Assembly: GCA_023267435.1 (NCBI GenBank)
Contig: JAHFNH010000001.1
Coordinates: 80,253 to 144,252, forward strand
Origin: Candidatus Nomurabacteria bacterium
GTDB lineage: Bacteria; Patescibacteriota; Minisyncoccia; Phycocordibacterales; UBA9973
Direction: 5' to 3'
Length of the DNA stretch: 64,000 nt
The notes beneath the pieces are model-generated. The model was given only the letters and a program-made list of their open reading frames with translations, did no database searches and was not told the origin of the DNA. Both the position numbers and the translations under genes were made by a program. Shown here in pieces: positions 28,425-37,242 of this stretch. The stretch's first letter is position 1, and each line of letters begins with the position of its first letter.

Positions 28425-28676
28425 TTATTTTACTAATCTAGTTAAACGAGATTTCTTTCGAGCAGCTGTGTTTTTCTTGATAGCACCCTTTTGAGCGGCT
28501 TTGTCGATAGCTTTGTAAGCTTCTGAAAGCATTTTTTGTGCTCCAGACTTGTCTGTCTTTGAGATTTTATCAATTTTCTTGATAACTTCTTTCATTGTTC
28601 GCTTTCGGCGGTCATTAAAAGCCTTCTTGCGAAGAGAACCGCGGATCGCTTTTTTAGCTGATTGTGTTATAGGCAT
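28425..28676 (-). CDS. rpsT: 30S ribosomal protein S20
   Basis: MPITQSAKKAIRGSLRKKAFNDRRK. The start was moved to the internal Met, which gives a typical 83-aa length. Confidence 0.8.
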   Translation of the reverse strand: MPITQSAKKAIRGSLRKKAFNDRRKRTMKEVIKKIDKISKTDKSGAQKMLSEAYKAIDKAAQKGAIKKNTAARKKSRLTRLVK

Positions 28677-28760
28677 AGATAGACAATACCAAAAATGCTT
28701 AAAAAACGCAACCCGCATCTTCGGCGGACATGCTTGCTTGGTATATGATATGATAAATAT

Positions 28761-29324
28761 ATGATTGGTAGTATAAAAGGAAAAATAATCTTAAAAACAG
28801 ACAAATTTCTAATAATAGAAACGAACGGAGTCGGATATAAAATAAGTGTCTCACCCGACATGTTATTGATGACTTTTAAAACAGGCGAGGAAATTTCCCT
28901 CTGGACTCACCTGCACATACGCGAAGATGCAATGGATCTTTATGGATTCAGAGACAGAAAAGAATTGGAGTTTTTTGAAATGCTTATTAGTGTTTCAGGT
29001 ATTGGACCAAGAAGCGGACTCACTATATTAGGTATAGCTCCAATTGAAACATTAAGAAAAGCGATCAGTACAAGCGACACTTCCTACCTCACAAAAATTT
29101 CTGGCATCGGACGAAAGACAGCTGAAAAAATAGTTATCGAATTGCGCGACAAAATGGGCGAAGATATTTCCGATACTTCCCTACAAGGAGAACTCGACGC
29201 ACTCGAAGCGTTAAAGGCATTGGGCTACTCTCAGTCCGAAGCACGTGAAGCATTAAAGAAAACTAAATCAGAAGACACTAATACAAAAATAAAAGAAGCG
29301 TTAAAAATTCTTGGAGGAAGATAA
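28761..29324 (+). CDS. ruvA: Holliday junction DNA helicase RuvA
   Basis: MIGSIKGKII..ETNGVGYKISV, HhH region GIGPRSGLTILG, C-terminal domain. Confidence 0.85.
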   Translation: MIGSIKGKIILKTDKFLIIETNGVGYKISVSPDMLLMTFKTGEEISLWTHLHIREDAMDLYGFRDRKELEFFEMLISVSGIGPRSGLTILGIAPIETLRKAISTSDTSYLTKISGIGRKTAEKIVIELRDKMGEDISDTSLQGELDALEALKALGYSQSEAREALKKTKSEDTNTKIKEALKILGGR

Positions 29325-30179
29325 TTATTTTCCAAAGAAATAATTTGTAATTCCTTTGGTGGTCAGACCAGCCATCGTTTTATAAGCTTGATGACGCGTG
29401 GAACTTTTGCGAAACATTTTTTCATAAATATAACCATATTCAACAAGAACTGAACTAGTATCAGGATTCAAGGTATCATTTGCCCCGAGGGCAATAAGTT
29501 TCTGATCCGGAACCATTCCACCTATTTCCTCTGGTAAAGTGCTTGATTGGTATTTTTTATGAAGCTGCGAAAAAATACTACCCGCTAATTTGGAGCTTTC
29601 TTTAGAATTAGCAAGTTGTCCGTCTGGCATATAAATAGTGAAACCTTTATATTCCCCTATTTTCCATTTTGTTGGGCGCGGATAATCATTGAAATGAAAA
29701 TGTATCACAGCATCCATTTTGTTTTCATCTACCCATTTATTTATTCCATACAATACGATAGACGTGTCTTTCGTTACTGAATTATGTATTACTGTTTCTT
29801 TTTGAACAAAACTACCAGTGGCAACTTTAGCCTGCATTTCTTGTTTAGCATTCTGCCTGAAAGAAATAATATCTTCTTTATGTTGTGAAAAATAATCGGC
29901 AAATTCTTTCGTGTAACCCGAACTGTCGCGAGTAATGTAAACCTCGAATCTTTTGTCTTTTTTTAGAAGATTATAAACCTGTGTAGCTAAAACTAGAGTC
30001 ATATTAGCCTCTTTTATATTTCCATATTGCGCTCCCCAAACTTCGTTGTCGTGACCTGGTACAAGCAATATTCTAATAGGTTCCACGGGTTTTGAAGTTG
30101 ATTTTGAAACAGGTGAAACTGCCTGTGTAAAAAATACAGGAATTAAAAAAGCTATCAGTATGAATAATATTTTCTTCAT
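29325..30179 (-). CDS. N-acetylmuramoyl-L-alanine amidase (Amidase_3-like) with N-terminal signal/TM
   Basis: ILLVPGHDNEVWGAQ, EVYITRD, MDAVIHFHFND and SSVLVEYGYI follow the Amidase_3 block pattern. Start taken at MKKILFILIAF. Confidence 0.55.
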   Translation of the reverse strand: MKKILFILIAFLIPVFFTQAVSPVSKSTSKPVEPIRILLVPGHDNEVWGAQYGNIKEANMTLVLATQVYNLLKKDKRFEVYITRDSSGYTKEFADYFSQHKEDIISFRQNAKQEMQAKVATGSFVQKETVIHNSVTKDTSIVLYGINKWVDENKMDAVIHFHFNDYPRPTKWKIGEYKGFTIYMPDGQLANSKESSKLAGSIFSQLHKKYQSSTLPEEIGGMVPDQKLIALGANDTLNPDTSSVLVEYGYIYEKMFRKSSTRHQAYKTMAGLTTKGITNYFFGK

Positions 30180-30196
30180 TGTAGTACAATAATACC

Positions 30197-31105
30197 ATGC
30201 CTGAGCTACCAGAAGTAGAGACGACAACCAGAGGCCTTCGCAAAGAAGTTGTCGGCCTTAAAATAAAAGACGTTTGGACGGATTTAAACACCAAAGACAA
30301 ACGTCAACATGATGCGGTTGCCAACCCGAAATATTTCACTATTTTTAAAAAAGAAGTTTTAGATAAAAAAATTATATCTGTCGAGAGGCAGGCTAAAAAT
30401 ATTTTAATAAATCTGACAGGAAACAAGACAATTTTAATCCATTTAAAAATGACTGGACACCTGCTTTATGGAAAGTATAAATATATCCTAAAAGAAAACA
30501 AATGGATTCCGGATGAAACCGGACCATTGCAAGACCCTTACAATAGATTTATACATTTTGTCTTTACCCTATCCGACAAAAAGTTTTTAGCTTTTTCAGA
30601 TGCGCGCAAATTCGGAAAAATAACTTTACTTGATACAAAAACAGCGCACGACTCAAGACACTTAAAAGATTTAGGGCCAGATCCACTGGCGAAAGATTTT
30701 AATTTAGAAAAATTCAAAGAAAGACTTTCGAAAAAGCAAAATGGAAAAATAAAAACAGTTTTAGTAGACCAAAGCGTGCTCTCCGGCATAGGAAATATTT
30801 ATTCTGACGAAATCCTTTGGTATGCTGGCATTCATCCGGAAAGAAAAGTACAAGATATAAAAGAAAATGAATTTAAAAAAATGTTTCAAGCAACAAAAGA
30901 AACTTTAACCAAAGGCATAAATTTCGGAGGAGATTCAATGTCGGACTACCGCAATATTTATGGCCTGCCTGGTAAATTTCAGCTTCATCACGAAGCGTAC
31001 CGACGGACTGGGGAAAAGTGTCGAAGGAAAGGTTGCAAAGGTGTTATAATGAGAAAAGTTATCAATAACCGGAGTGCACATTTTTGCTCCATTCATCAAA
31101 TTTAA
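30197..31105 (+). CDS. mutM: Formamidopyrimidine-DNA glycosylase
   Basis: MPELPEVETTTRGL N-terminus and C-terminal zinc finger CRRKGCKG..CSIHQ. Confidence 0.85.
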   Translation: MPELPEVETTTRGLRKEVVGLKIKDVWTDLNTKDKRQHDAVANPKYFTIFKKEVLDKKIISVERQAKNILINLTGNKTILIHLKMTGHLLYGKYKYILKENKWIPDETGPLQDPYNRFIHFVFTLSDKKFLAFSDARKFGKITLLDTKTAHDSRHLKDLGPDPLAKDFNLEKFKERLSKKQNGKIKTVLVDQSVLSGIGNIYSDEILWYAGIHPERKVQDIKENEFKKMFQATKETLTKGINFGGDSMSDYRNIYGLPGKFQLHHEAYRRTGEKCRRKGCKGVIMRKVINNRSAHFCSIHQI

Positions 31106-31108
31106 ATT

Positions 31109-31267
31109 ATGGCTTGGGATCACTTAAAATGGCTTATCTTTGTACTAATTGGACTTTGGTTCGTCTGGTTCTTTTCTGGCGGACCGCAGAGATTTGAAAA
31201 TAGTCAAAAACCTTTCATTAAACCACCTTCTCCAATAGACACAGGAGAATTTTACGGACCTAAATAA
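31109..31267 (+). CDS. Small (52 aa) single-TM protein, below the ORF-track threshold
   Basis: MAWDHLKWLIFVLIGLWFVWFFSGGPQRF... begins 3 nt after the mutM stop. Confidence 0.3.
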   Translation: MAWDHLKWLIFVLIGLWFVWFFSGGPQRFENSQKPFIKPPSPIDTGEFYGPK

Positions 31268-31374
31268 TATTCAGGATTTGTGATTTAGAAAACATTGCGC
31301 AGCGCGACGGCGCGAGCATAGCAAATTTTCAGCAGAAAATTATGTGTGTTTTATAAAATACAAATTCTGAATAT

Positions 31375-31896
31375 TTAAACACCTAAAATCCTAAACAATG
31401 CAATTCCTAAAGAAACAGAAACATTTAGTGATTCTTTCTTCCCTTTCATTGGTATCTCGGCAACAATGTCGCACTTCTTTAAAACATTTTTTGGTATTCC
31501 GGTAACTTCTGTGCCGACAATAAAGGCATTCCCTCCTCCTCGGCGGGCAGGTTTCTTATTTATTTTTACTTTTTTGTAATCAATAGAATTTTCTGCCTGC
31601 TCGATGGCAATAATTAAAAAACCTTCTCGTTTTAATTTCGTAATAAGTGGGAAAATCATTTTCTTTTGTTCCCAAGGTACGAATTCTTCCGCGCCCAAGG
31701 CAGACTTGGCTATATCTGTGCGCTTTCTACCGAAACGATCAAAGGGTGCGGGTGTATATCCAGTCAAATAAATCTTGGAAATACCAGCCGCGTCCGCTGT
31801 GCGGAACATAGCTCCCACGTTCTCGGTACTTCGAATATCATTTAATATTAAAACGTTTTCTGTGTATTTTTTACTAATGGGTTGATTTTTAGACAT
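31375..31896 (-). CDS. SpoU/TrmH-family RNA 2'-O-methyltransferase
   Basis: NVGAMFRTADAAGISKIYLTGYTP and VGTEVTGIPKNVLKKCDIVAEIPM. Confidence 0.75.
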   Translation of the reverse strand: MSKNQPISKKYTENVLILNDIRSTENVGAMFRTADAAGISKIYLTGYTPAPFDRFGRKRTDIAKSALGAEEFVPWEQKKMIFPLITKLKREGFLIIAIEQAENSIDYKKVKINKKPARRGGGNAFIVGTEVTGIPKNVLKKCDIVAEIPMKGKKESLNVSVSLGIALFRILGV

Positions 31897-31957
31897 ATTT
31901 CTTATACTATCATATACATGTCTGAAGGTCAGGCACTTTGTTTGAAAATATGTATTT

Positions 31958-32030
31958 GCGCCCGTAGCTCAGTCGGTAGAGCAGCTCCCTTTTAAGGAGA
32001 CGGTCGTTGGTTCGATTCCAACCGGGCGCA
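31958..32030 (+). tRNA. tRNA-Lys, anticodon UUU
   Basis: GCGCCCG acceptor, D-arm GCTCAGTCGGTAGAGC, anticodon loop CTTTTAA, T-arm GGTTCGATTCCAACC. Followed by a compound hairpin. Confidence 0.85.
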
Positions 32031-32095
32031 CAAAACGAGAATTTAACAAAAGCACCCTGCGGTGCTTTTGTTCGTTTTGTGCGAGCCACAGTCAT
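32020..32095 (+). terminator. Compound hairpin/terminator overlapping the tRNA-Lys 3' end
   Basis: Outer stem gcacaaaacga/tcgttttgtgc, inner stem aaaagcacc-ctgc-ggtgctttt. Confidence 0.5.
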
Positions 32096-32231
32096 ATTTT
32101 TTCAGCAGAAAAAATAGACGAGGCAGGGTTGTGAAAATTTTCTTTTGACGAAAAGAAAATTATTCCTGACCACAAAAAGATTCTTCCGAGCGACGGCGAG
32201 AAAATATTTGTGACCACAAAATATTTTGAGA

Positions 32232-32262
32232 AATAAAAAACCCCTTGAATTTCAAGGGGTTA
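32232..32262 (-). terminator. Terminator for the minus-strand gene 32275..32856
   Basis: ccccttgaa-ttt-caagggg with a T-run on the minus strand. Confidence 0.5.
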
Positions 32263-32274
32263 AATTAAGTACAA

Positions 32275-32856
32275 TCATGAACCAACATAACATATTTCTT
32301 TTCCAATAGGATGTCGTACACATCTTACAATATGTACACGAGATATTACGTCTTTTGAAAAACCGTTCATTTCCAAAAGTGTTTTCAAAGATTTTTTAGG
32401 AGTAAAAGATATGTCATTTACTTTAACAATGTCTGTTCTTTCTTTCCAATCTACTTCGTGCATCCAATCATAGAAACAATTTCTTACATAATGCTTATAA
32501 GCAAAATAACTTCTTGTGTCATCTCGTTCTCCTGCTTTGTATGGATTAAGAAGAACATTTTCAAGCAAATACATATCACCAGGTTTATAATCATCAAGAC
32601 GTTCTATTTTCCCCTGATATGTAAGTTCAATTTCACGAGTATTATCGTAATTACTCAAAACATCTTTCATGAGTTCCATAAAACTTATATTTCTTAAAAA
32701 AGATTGTTTCTTCTCTAGATCAATCCCGAGTAAAATAAAATAATAAGAAAGTGGTTCTTCGCTAGATGGAATGTGTAATACTTTTACATTTAAAGAATCA
32801 GAAAATAAATCTGTTCTCTCCTTAAGTTGATCTAGAATATTTTTTTCTATATTCAT
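32275..32856 (-). CDS. Hypothetical protein
   Basis: 193 aa, no motif. Confidence 0.4.
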   Translation of the reverse strand: MNIEKNILDQLKERTDLFSDSLNVKVLHIPSSEEPLSYYFILLGIDLEKKQSFLRNISFMELMKDVLSNYDNTREIELTYQGKIERLDDYKPGDMYLLENVLLNPYKAGERDDTRSYFAYKHYVRNCFYDWMHEVDWKERTDIVKVNDISFTPKKSLKTLLEMNGFSKDVISRVHIVRCVRHPIGKEICYVGS

Positions 32857-32904
32857 TTTTCTATAGTATTTGATTGTTTAAGGACTCTGTTTATTTCCTC
32901 AACA

Positions 32905-33001
32905 CAATATCACAAAAACATTGACGAGTCAATAAATATTTGGTATTGTCTGGTTAGACATTTCTGATAACTAACCGAGCCTAGCTCATTAAAAAATAAA
33001 A
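32905..33001 (+). promoter_or_regulatory. Copy 4 of the shared promoter/operator module (TTGACGAGTCAA, TATTGT, GGTTAGACATTTCTGATAACTAACC)
   Basis: 40 of 41 nt identical to the copy at 34432 (ATCACAAAAACATTGACGAGTCAATaAATNTTTGGTA). Confidence 0.55.
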
Positions 33002-33979
33002 ATGGAAACAAAACCTAAACTTAAATTGTATGAGAAATTAACCTCAGCGTTATATTTCTTGCATTATGATGTAACTTCACAGGTTCTTTCTTTTTTCATA
33101 CATAAGTCTTGTGTAGAAAATTTAGAAAAACTAGCTGAAGGTAATAATCTTCTTGAGATTTATAAAAATAAGTATTTTCCTGAACAAACCTCTTACACAA
33201 GTTACCTTAAAACTGTTCATGGTTTTAATGATTGTGGTAAGGTTGAGGGAATATTTGGTAATTTCTTAAAAATTTCTTTTAAACTTTTACCCCTTTACAC
33301 TTTTACTGAAGAAATATGTTCGGAATGTAAAGGAACTGGCAAGCACAATGTTTTTGATTTGAATTGTAATCAATGTCATGGAACAAAAAAAGAATTAGTT
33401 TTCAATAGAGAACCATTACTTGCAATAACCAATACAATTTCTTTATTACTTGCTCTCTTAGATTGTTATATAGCAATCTACGAATCAGATTCGTCTTTTG
33501 AAGAAAAATACACTGAGTCACTATATGTAATACGAACAATTACAGAACGTGACATGAATGGTCATGCAATGGGCGGATCTATGAGTGGTTTTTTTAAAAA
33601 AGCTATTGAGGATTATTTTAATCACAGTGTTTCTGCCGGCAAATCTTATAAATCTATTAGTGGAGAGTCTGTTTGTTGTGAACAAGTTGAAAAAGATATG
33701 GAACAAACATACAAAATGTTAATGGCTAATCCTTTCGCAACTAAATCAGATTTACATTCAATAACAGCTCTTGTAAGAGATGGGGGTTTCTTTTACCTAG
33801 AAACTAATGGGACTAATGGATGTAACTTTTATACATCCAATCAGGGAATGAATACATATTGGTATAAAGGAAAAGATAAAGGTTTACCAATTTCTTGTCA
33901 CAATGTTGATGGTCCTTTACAACAAATCATATTACTGATTGGTTTAGCAAGATTAAGTGAAGATATTATTTTGTCCTAA
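33002..33979 (+). CDS. Hypothetical protein with a DnaJ-type CxxCxGxG zinc-finger pair
   Basis: CSECKGTGK and CNQCHGTKK. Confidence 0.4.
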   Translation: METKPKLKLYEKLTSALYFLHYDVTSQVLSFFIHKSCVENLEKLAEGNNLLEIYKNKYFPEQTSYTSYLKTVHGFNDCGKVEGIFGNFLKISFKLLPLYTFTEEICSECKGTGKHNVFDLNCNQCHGTKKELVFNREPLLAITNTISLLLALLDCYIAIYESDSSFEEKYTESLYVIRTITERDMNGHAMGGSMSGFFKKAIEDYFNHSVSAGKSYKSISGESVCCEQVEKDMEQTYKMLMANPFATKSDLHSITALVRDGGFFYLETNGTNGCNFYTSNQGMNTYWYKGKDKGLPISCHNVDGPLQQIILLIGLARLSEDIILS

Positions 33980-34078
33980 TTTTTAAAGCACTACTTATTG
34001 TAGTGCTTTTTATTTCCCCCCTACATCGCCTTAAAGAAATTAAAACAAAAAAAGAAGTATTTCTACTTCTTTTAATTC

Positions 34079-34384
34079 TTAACTTGTAACTTTTGCCAAA
34101 ACTTCCATTAAAGTATCAAAACTGTAATTTAGACAAACTTCCATATCCTTTATACAATCTTTTTCTTCAGCAGGATTATTAAGAAATTCTTCTTTAAAGT
34201 ACTTTTTTGATGCATAGTTTTTTTCTGTGCCTACAGAATTTCTAATTTCTTTGCAAAAATTTTTGTAAAGTTTTGGTCCAAGTACCTGTGCGATTTCTGT
34301 ATTTATAGAAACAGAATGTATTAATTTTCTATTATAATGAAAATGTATCTTTCCAGCGAGTTTAAAAGCTTCTTTAGTTAACAT
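34079..34384 (-). CDS. Hypothetical protein
   Basis: 101 aa. Terminator aagaagta-tttc-tacttctt downstream. Confidence 0.35.
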   Translation of the reverse strand: MLTKEAFKLAGKIHFHYNRKLIHSVSINTEIAQVLGPKLYKNFCKEIRNSVGTEKNYASKKYFKEEFLNNPAEEKDCIKDMEVCLNYSFDTLMEVLAKVTS

Positions 34385-34429
34385 GTTTTTATTTTTTAGA
34401 GTTAAACAACAATTATATTTTCAAATAAA

Positions 34430-34524
34430 CCATATCACAAAAACATTGACGAGTCAATGAATGTTTGGTAATGTAACAACAGAACATCGCTATTTAAAAT
34501 AAAATCTCACTAAAAATAAAACAA
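34430..34524 (+). promoter_or_regulatory. Copy 5 of the shared promoter module plus a conserved 5'UTR (..TCTCACTAAAA..)
   Basis: ATCACAAAAACATTGACGAGTCAATGAATGTTTGGTAATGT. Confidence 0.55.
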
Positions 34525-34872
34525 ATGAAAAATAAGTATATTTGGTTAGTTGTCCACAAATGGGGCAAAAACCTAGAAAAAATAACCGGTAGTTTAGTTC
34601 TTACAGAGACTACCGACATTTCAGAATTAAAGAAGGTCTATTCAAGTGGAAATGCCCCTACTGCATATATGGAAGGCGATAAAACATTTGTAAAACTTCT
34701 AAATGAAAAAAGAGAATTAAACAAAAAGGGAGATATTCTTTTCAATGAAAACATACTGGAACTAGATTCACTAAATATCTTGTCTGAAGCTCTTGTAAAA
34801 TTTTTGAATCCAAAAAAGGAATGGGTATTAGTACACCAAAAAACAATTGTTCTAAGAAAAAACAAAAAATAG
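34525..34872 (+). CDS. Hypothetical protein
   Basis: 115 aa. Terminator aaacgttgcat-aaaa-tgcaacgtttt follows at 34884..34912. Confidence 0.4.
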   Translation: MKNKYIWLVVHKWGKNLEKITGSLVLTETTDISELKKVYSSGNAPTAYMEGDKTFVKLLNEKRELNKKGDILFNENILELDSLNILSEALVKFLNPKKEWVLVHQKTIVLRKNKK

Positions 34873-34929
34873 AACTTTATCAAAAAACGTTGCATAAAAT
34901 GCAACGTTTTTTATTTTTTATTTCGGTGT

Positions 34930-35454
34930 TTACCTCATCACCTCTCCAACAGCTTCATCTTCAAGATCTTTATCCGCATCTGCTTTAGTGATGTGTATGC
35001 GTCCGTCGATATGATTTGGCGGAGCGTAGACTGTATATATTTTCAGTGAACTCGTGCCTGTATTTATAAAATTATGTTTTGTACCCGGTGGCACCACGAC
35101 GACATCCCCTGCGCTGATAGGACTTTCCTTTCCATCTAAAACTGCTTTACCGACACCACTTAAAAAGAACAAGGTCTGTTCGGTGTATTTATGCGTTTCT
35201 TCGCCGACTTCCCCACCTGGCGGAATATCCATGACGACGAGCTGGCTTCTCGTGCCGGTAAAAAGAACTTTTCTAAAATATGTATTTTTCTCTACTTCAT
35301 TCACTATGTTTGTTGTATAAGGCATATGAGCTTTGCTACTTATTAATAATAATTCACTATTTTGTTTATTTTGATAAAAGTAAATTGTTCCAACTAAGGC
35401 AGCAATCAAAACCAGTACAACTAAAATCAAATGCCATTTTTTAAGTTTTTCCAT
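34930..35454 (-). CDS. Membrane-anchored cupin-domain protein
   Basis: N-terminal TM. Cupin_2-like GEETHKY..FFLSG.G......ISAGDVVVVPPGTKHNF. Confidence 0.65.
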   Translation of the reverse strand: MEKLKKWHLILVVLVLIAALVGTIYFYQNKQNSELLLISSKAHMPYTTNIVNEVEKNTYFRKVLFTGTRSQLVVMDIPPGGEVGEETHKYTEQTLFFLSGVGKAVLDGKESPISAGDVVVVPPGTKHNFINTGTSSLKIYTVYAPPNHIDGRIHITKADADKDLEDEAVGEVMR

Positions 35455-35499
35455 AATATGTTTATTATAACACTATCACCTAAAGTTTGGTGATATAAC

Positions 35500-35610
35500 T
35501 TTTACAAAAACATTGACGGGTCAACAAATCTTTGGTAAAGTAACAAAAAGATTGCGTTGTTTGAAAAATTAACAAATTCACTGAATATTCTCACTAAAAC
35601 AATAAATAAA
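35500..35610 (+). promoter_or_regulatory. Copy 6 of the shared promoter module plus 5'UTR
   Basis: TTACAAAAACATTGACGGGTCAACAAATCTTTGGTAAAGT. UTR homologous to copy 5. Confidence 0.55.
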
Positions 35611-36015
35611 ATGAAAAAGAAAATTGAAATTTGGAAAAGACAAAGAATTATATTCTTGATCTTGGGTATTATTATCACAGTAGTATCACTGTATTTTTTA
35701 CTCAAAAGTGAAACTGGATTGCCCTTATATCCTATTTCAGGAATGATTTTAGGGGCTATTATTGCTTTTGGCTGTGCTGTACATCTTGTCTTAGGATATC
35801 CTGTCCTACAACGAAAAGGCTTCAATACCAACCAGGAAATAAAAACATTGTCTTTGTTTAAAAAAGAGGAAATAGGAGGAGTAACTTTGTATGTTTATGA
35901 AATAGAAATCAAAATCCTCAATAAGGAAGAAACTTTCTTGCTTGAAGATACTGTTTGTTTAAAAATCGGTGATTCATATATACTGACAGTAGATAAAAAA
36001 TGGGCTCAAAAATAA
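35611..36015 (+). CDS. Hypothetical membrane protein. The start is taken at MKKKIEIWKRQ rather than the ORF-track start at 35557.
   Basis: Two TM segments. Terminator ccttgca-gaaa-tgcaggg plus T-run follows at 36023..36046. Confidence 0.4.
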   Translation: MKKKIEIWKRQRIIFLILGIIITVVSLYFLLKSETGLPLYPISGMILGAIIAFGCAVHLVLGYPVLQRKGFNTNQEIKTLSLFKKEEIGGVTLYVYEIEIKILNKEETFLLEDTVCLKIGDSYILTVDKKWAQK

Positions 36016-36052
36016 AAAATGTCCTTGCAGAAATGCAGGGATTTTTTATTTC

Positions 36053-36700
36053 CTAAAAAGCCTTTAGTAAAAACTGCTCAAAAGCAGATTCGTCGTCCAA
36101 GCCAGCCTTGCGAGACTCTGGTAAAAGATATGATATTTTTGAAGCAAAGTTTTTTAACTCTTCTTCTTTGAATTTTCTGAAGTTCTTTTTCAAAATCATG
36201 TCTTTTGCTTTCCAAAAAAGAATACCAATAAGCTCTTCCATTCCTACCCCTTTATCCATCGCTTGTCTGAAATAAATCCAAAGATTTAATTTGTCTCTGT
36301 CTTCAAAAGCATACGCCAAAAGAAAACTATTAAACTTCTCTTTTTTCTCTTTTGGTAATTCAAAAATATTTAATTCAGCTCGAGCCTTCTTGAAAGCGTC
36401 TAGTACCGGCTTATTTAACTTACCTTCTAAAAAGATAAAGGAGTTACCAGATTTTTCCATAAATTCTAATTTTTCCAAAACTAAATCTAAGGTTTCTTCT
36501 CGTTCAAAAATATTTGTATACACCACCGCACACTTAGTAAAAAAAAGTCCCGCACCAGAATAAAAGCTCTCCATCTGCATCGGATTGAAATCGTTTTTGC
36601 CAATAAAAAAAGTCTCTATGCCTTTTGGCAGAGACTTTAAAAATTTCTCATAAGAAGCATGCTTGGTCTTAGCATCATCACCAGCAAAAAGATAAATCAT
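36053..36700 (-). CDS. Possible short DNA polymerase III delta subunit (HolA-like)
   Basis: N-terminus IYLFAGDDAKTKHASYEKFLKSLP resembles the HolA N-terminus. Weak. Confidence 0.35.
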   Translation of the reverse strand: MIYLFAGDDAKTKHASYEKFLKSLPKGIETFFIGKNDFNPMQMESFYSGAGLFFTKCAVVYTNIFEREETLDLVLEKLEFMEKSGNSFIFLEGKLNKPVLDAFKKARAELNIFELPKEKKEKFNSFLLAYAFEDRDKLNLWIYFRQAMDKGVGMEELIGILFWKAKDMILKKNFRKFKEEELKNFASKISYLLPESRKAGLDDESAFEQFLLKAF

Positions 36701-36703
36701 AAA

Positions 36704-37231
36704 TTAGAATCGGACTGATTTTTTATATTCTAGGTACGGAGCGCCGTATTTATCAGCTAGCATAACTTCTTCCATTTTAGTAAAAATTAGTTTCGTAACT
36801 AGAAAAGAAAGCACAGTAAATAAAATTATAAAAGTGGCATTCATCACAAGTCCAAAACCTAACATCAAAAGGAAAAGGCCTAAGTGAGTCGGAATTCTAG
36901 TAAAACAATAAGGACCGCTGCAAAAAGATTCCTTAGTTAATGTTTCTTTCTTTAAATTTCTAGAAGTTGTCTGAGCCCAAAAAATCAAACAAGTAGACAA
37001 AACAATAATCACAGCACCGACAGGCACTAAAGTGGACTGTTCAAATAACTTTCGTGGAAAAAGAAAATCAAAAAATATGCCGAACAAAAGTGCTAAGAAA
37101 TAAATAGTATATGATTGCGCAAGTATCGTGTGAACACTTGTTTTTTGGGCAACTTTCGCACCCATTGAGTGTCCCTCTGCTTCTTCTTGTTTAGTTGAAT
37201 GCATACGAGTCCTATTATACCATACAAACAA
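36704..37231 (-). CDS. ICMT/PEMT-family membrane methyltransferase-like protein
   Basis: Multi-TM with C-terminal EEVMLADKYGAPYLEYKKSV matching the EExxLxxxFGxxYxxYxxxV family motif. Confidence 0.5.
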   Translation of the reverse strand: MFVWYNRTRMHSTKQEEAEGHSMGAKVAQKTSVHTILAQSYTIYFLALLFGIFFDFLFPRKLFEQSTLVPVGAVIIVLSTCLIFWAQTTSRNLKKETLTKESFCSGPYCFTRIPTHLGLFLLMLGFGLVMNATFIILFTVLSFLVTKLIFTKMEEVMLADKYGAPYLEYKKSVRF

Positions 37232-37242
37232 GGCAAAGTGAA

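Noticed and set aside
31910-32095. 61-aa minus-strand ORF
   Set aside because: It fully overlaps tRNA-Lys and its terminator hairpin, so it is a chance ORF.
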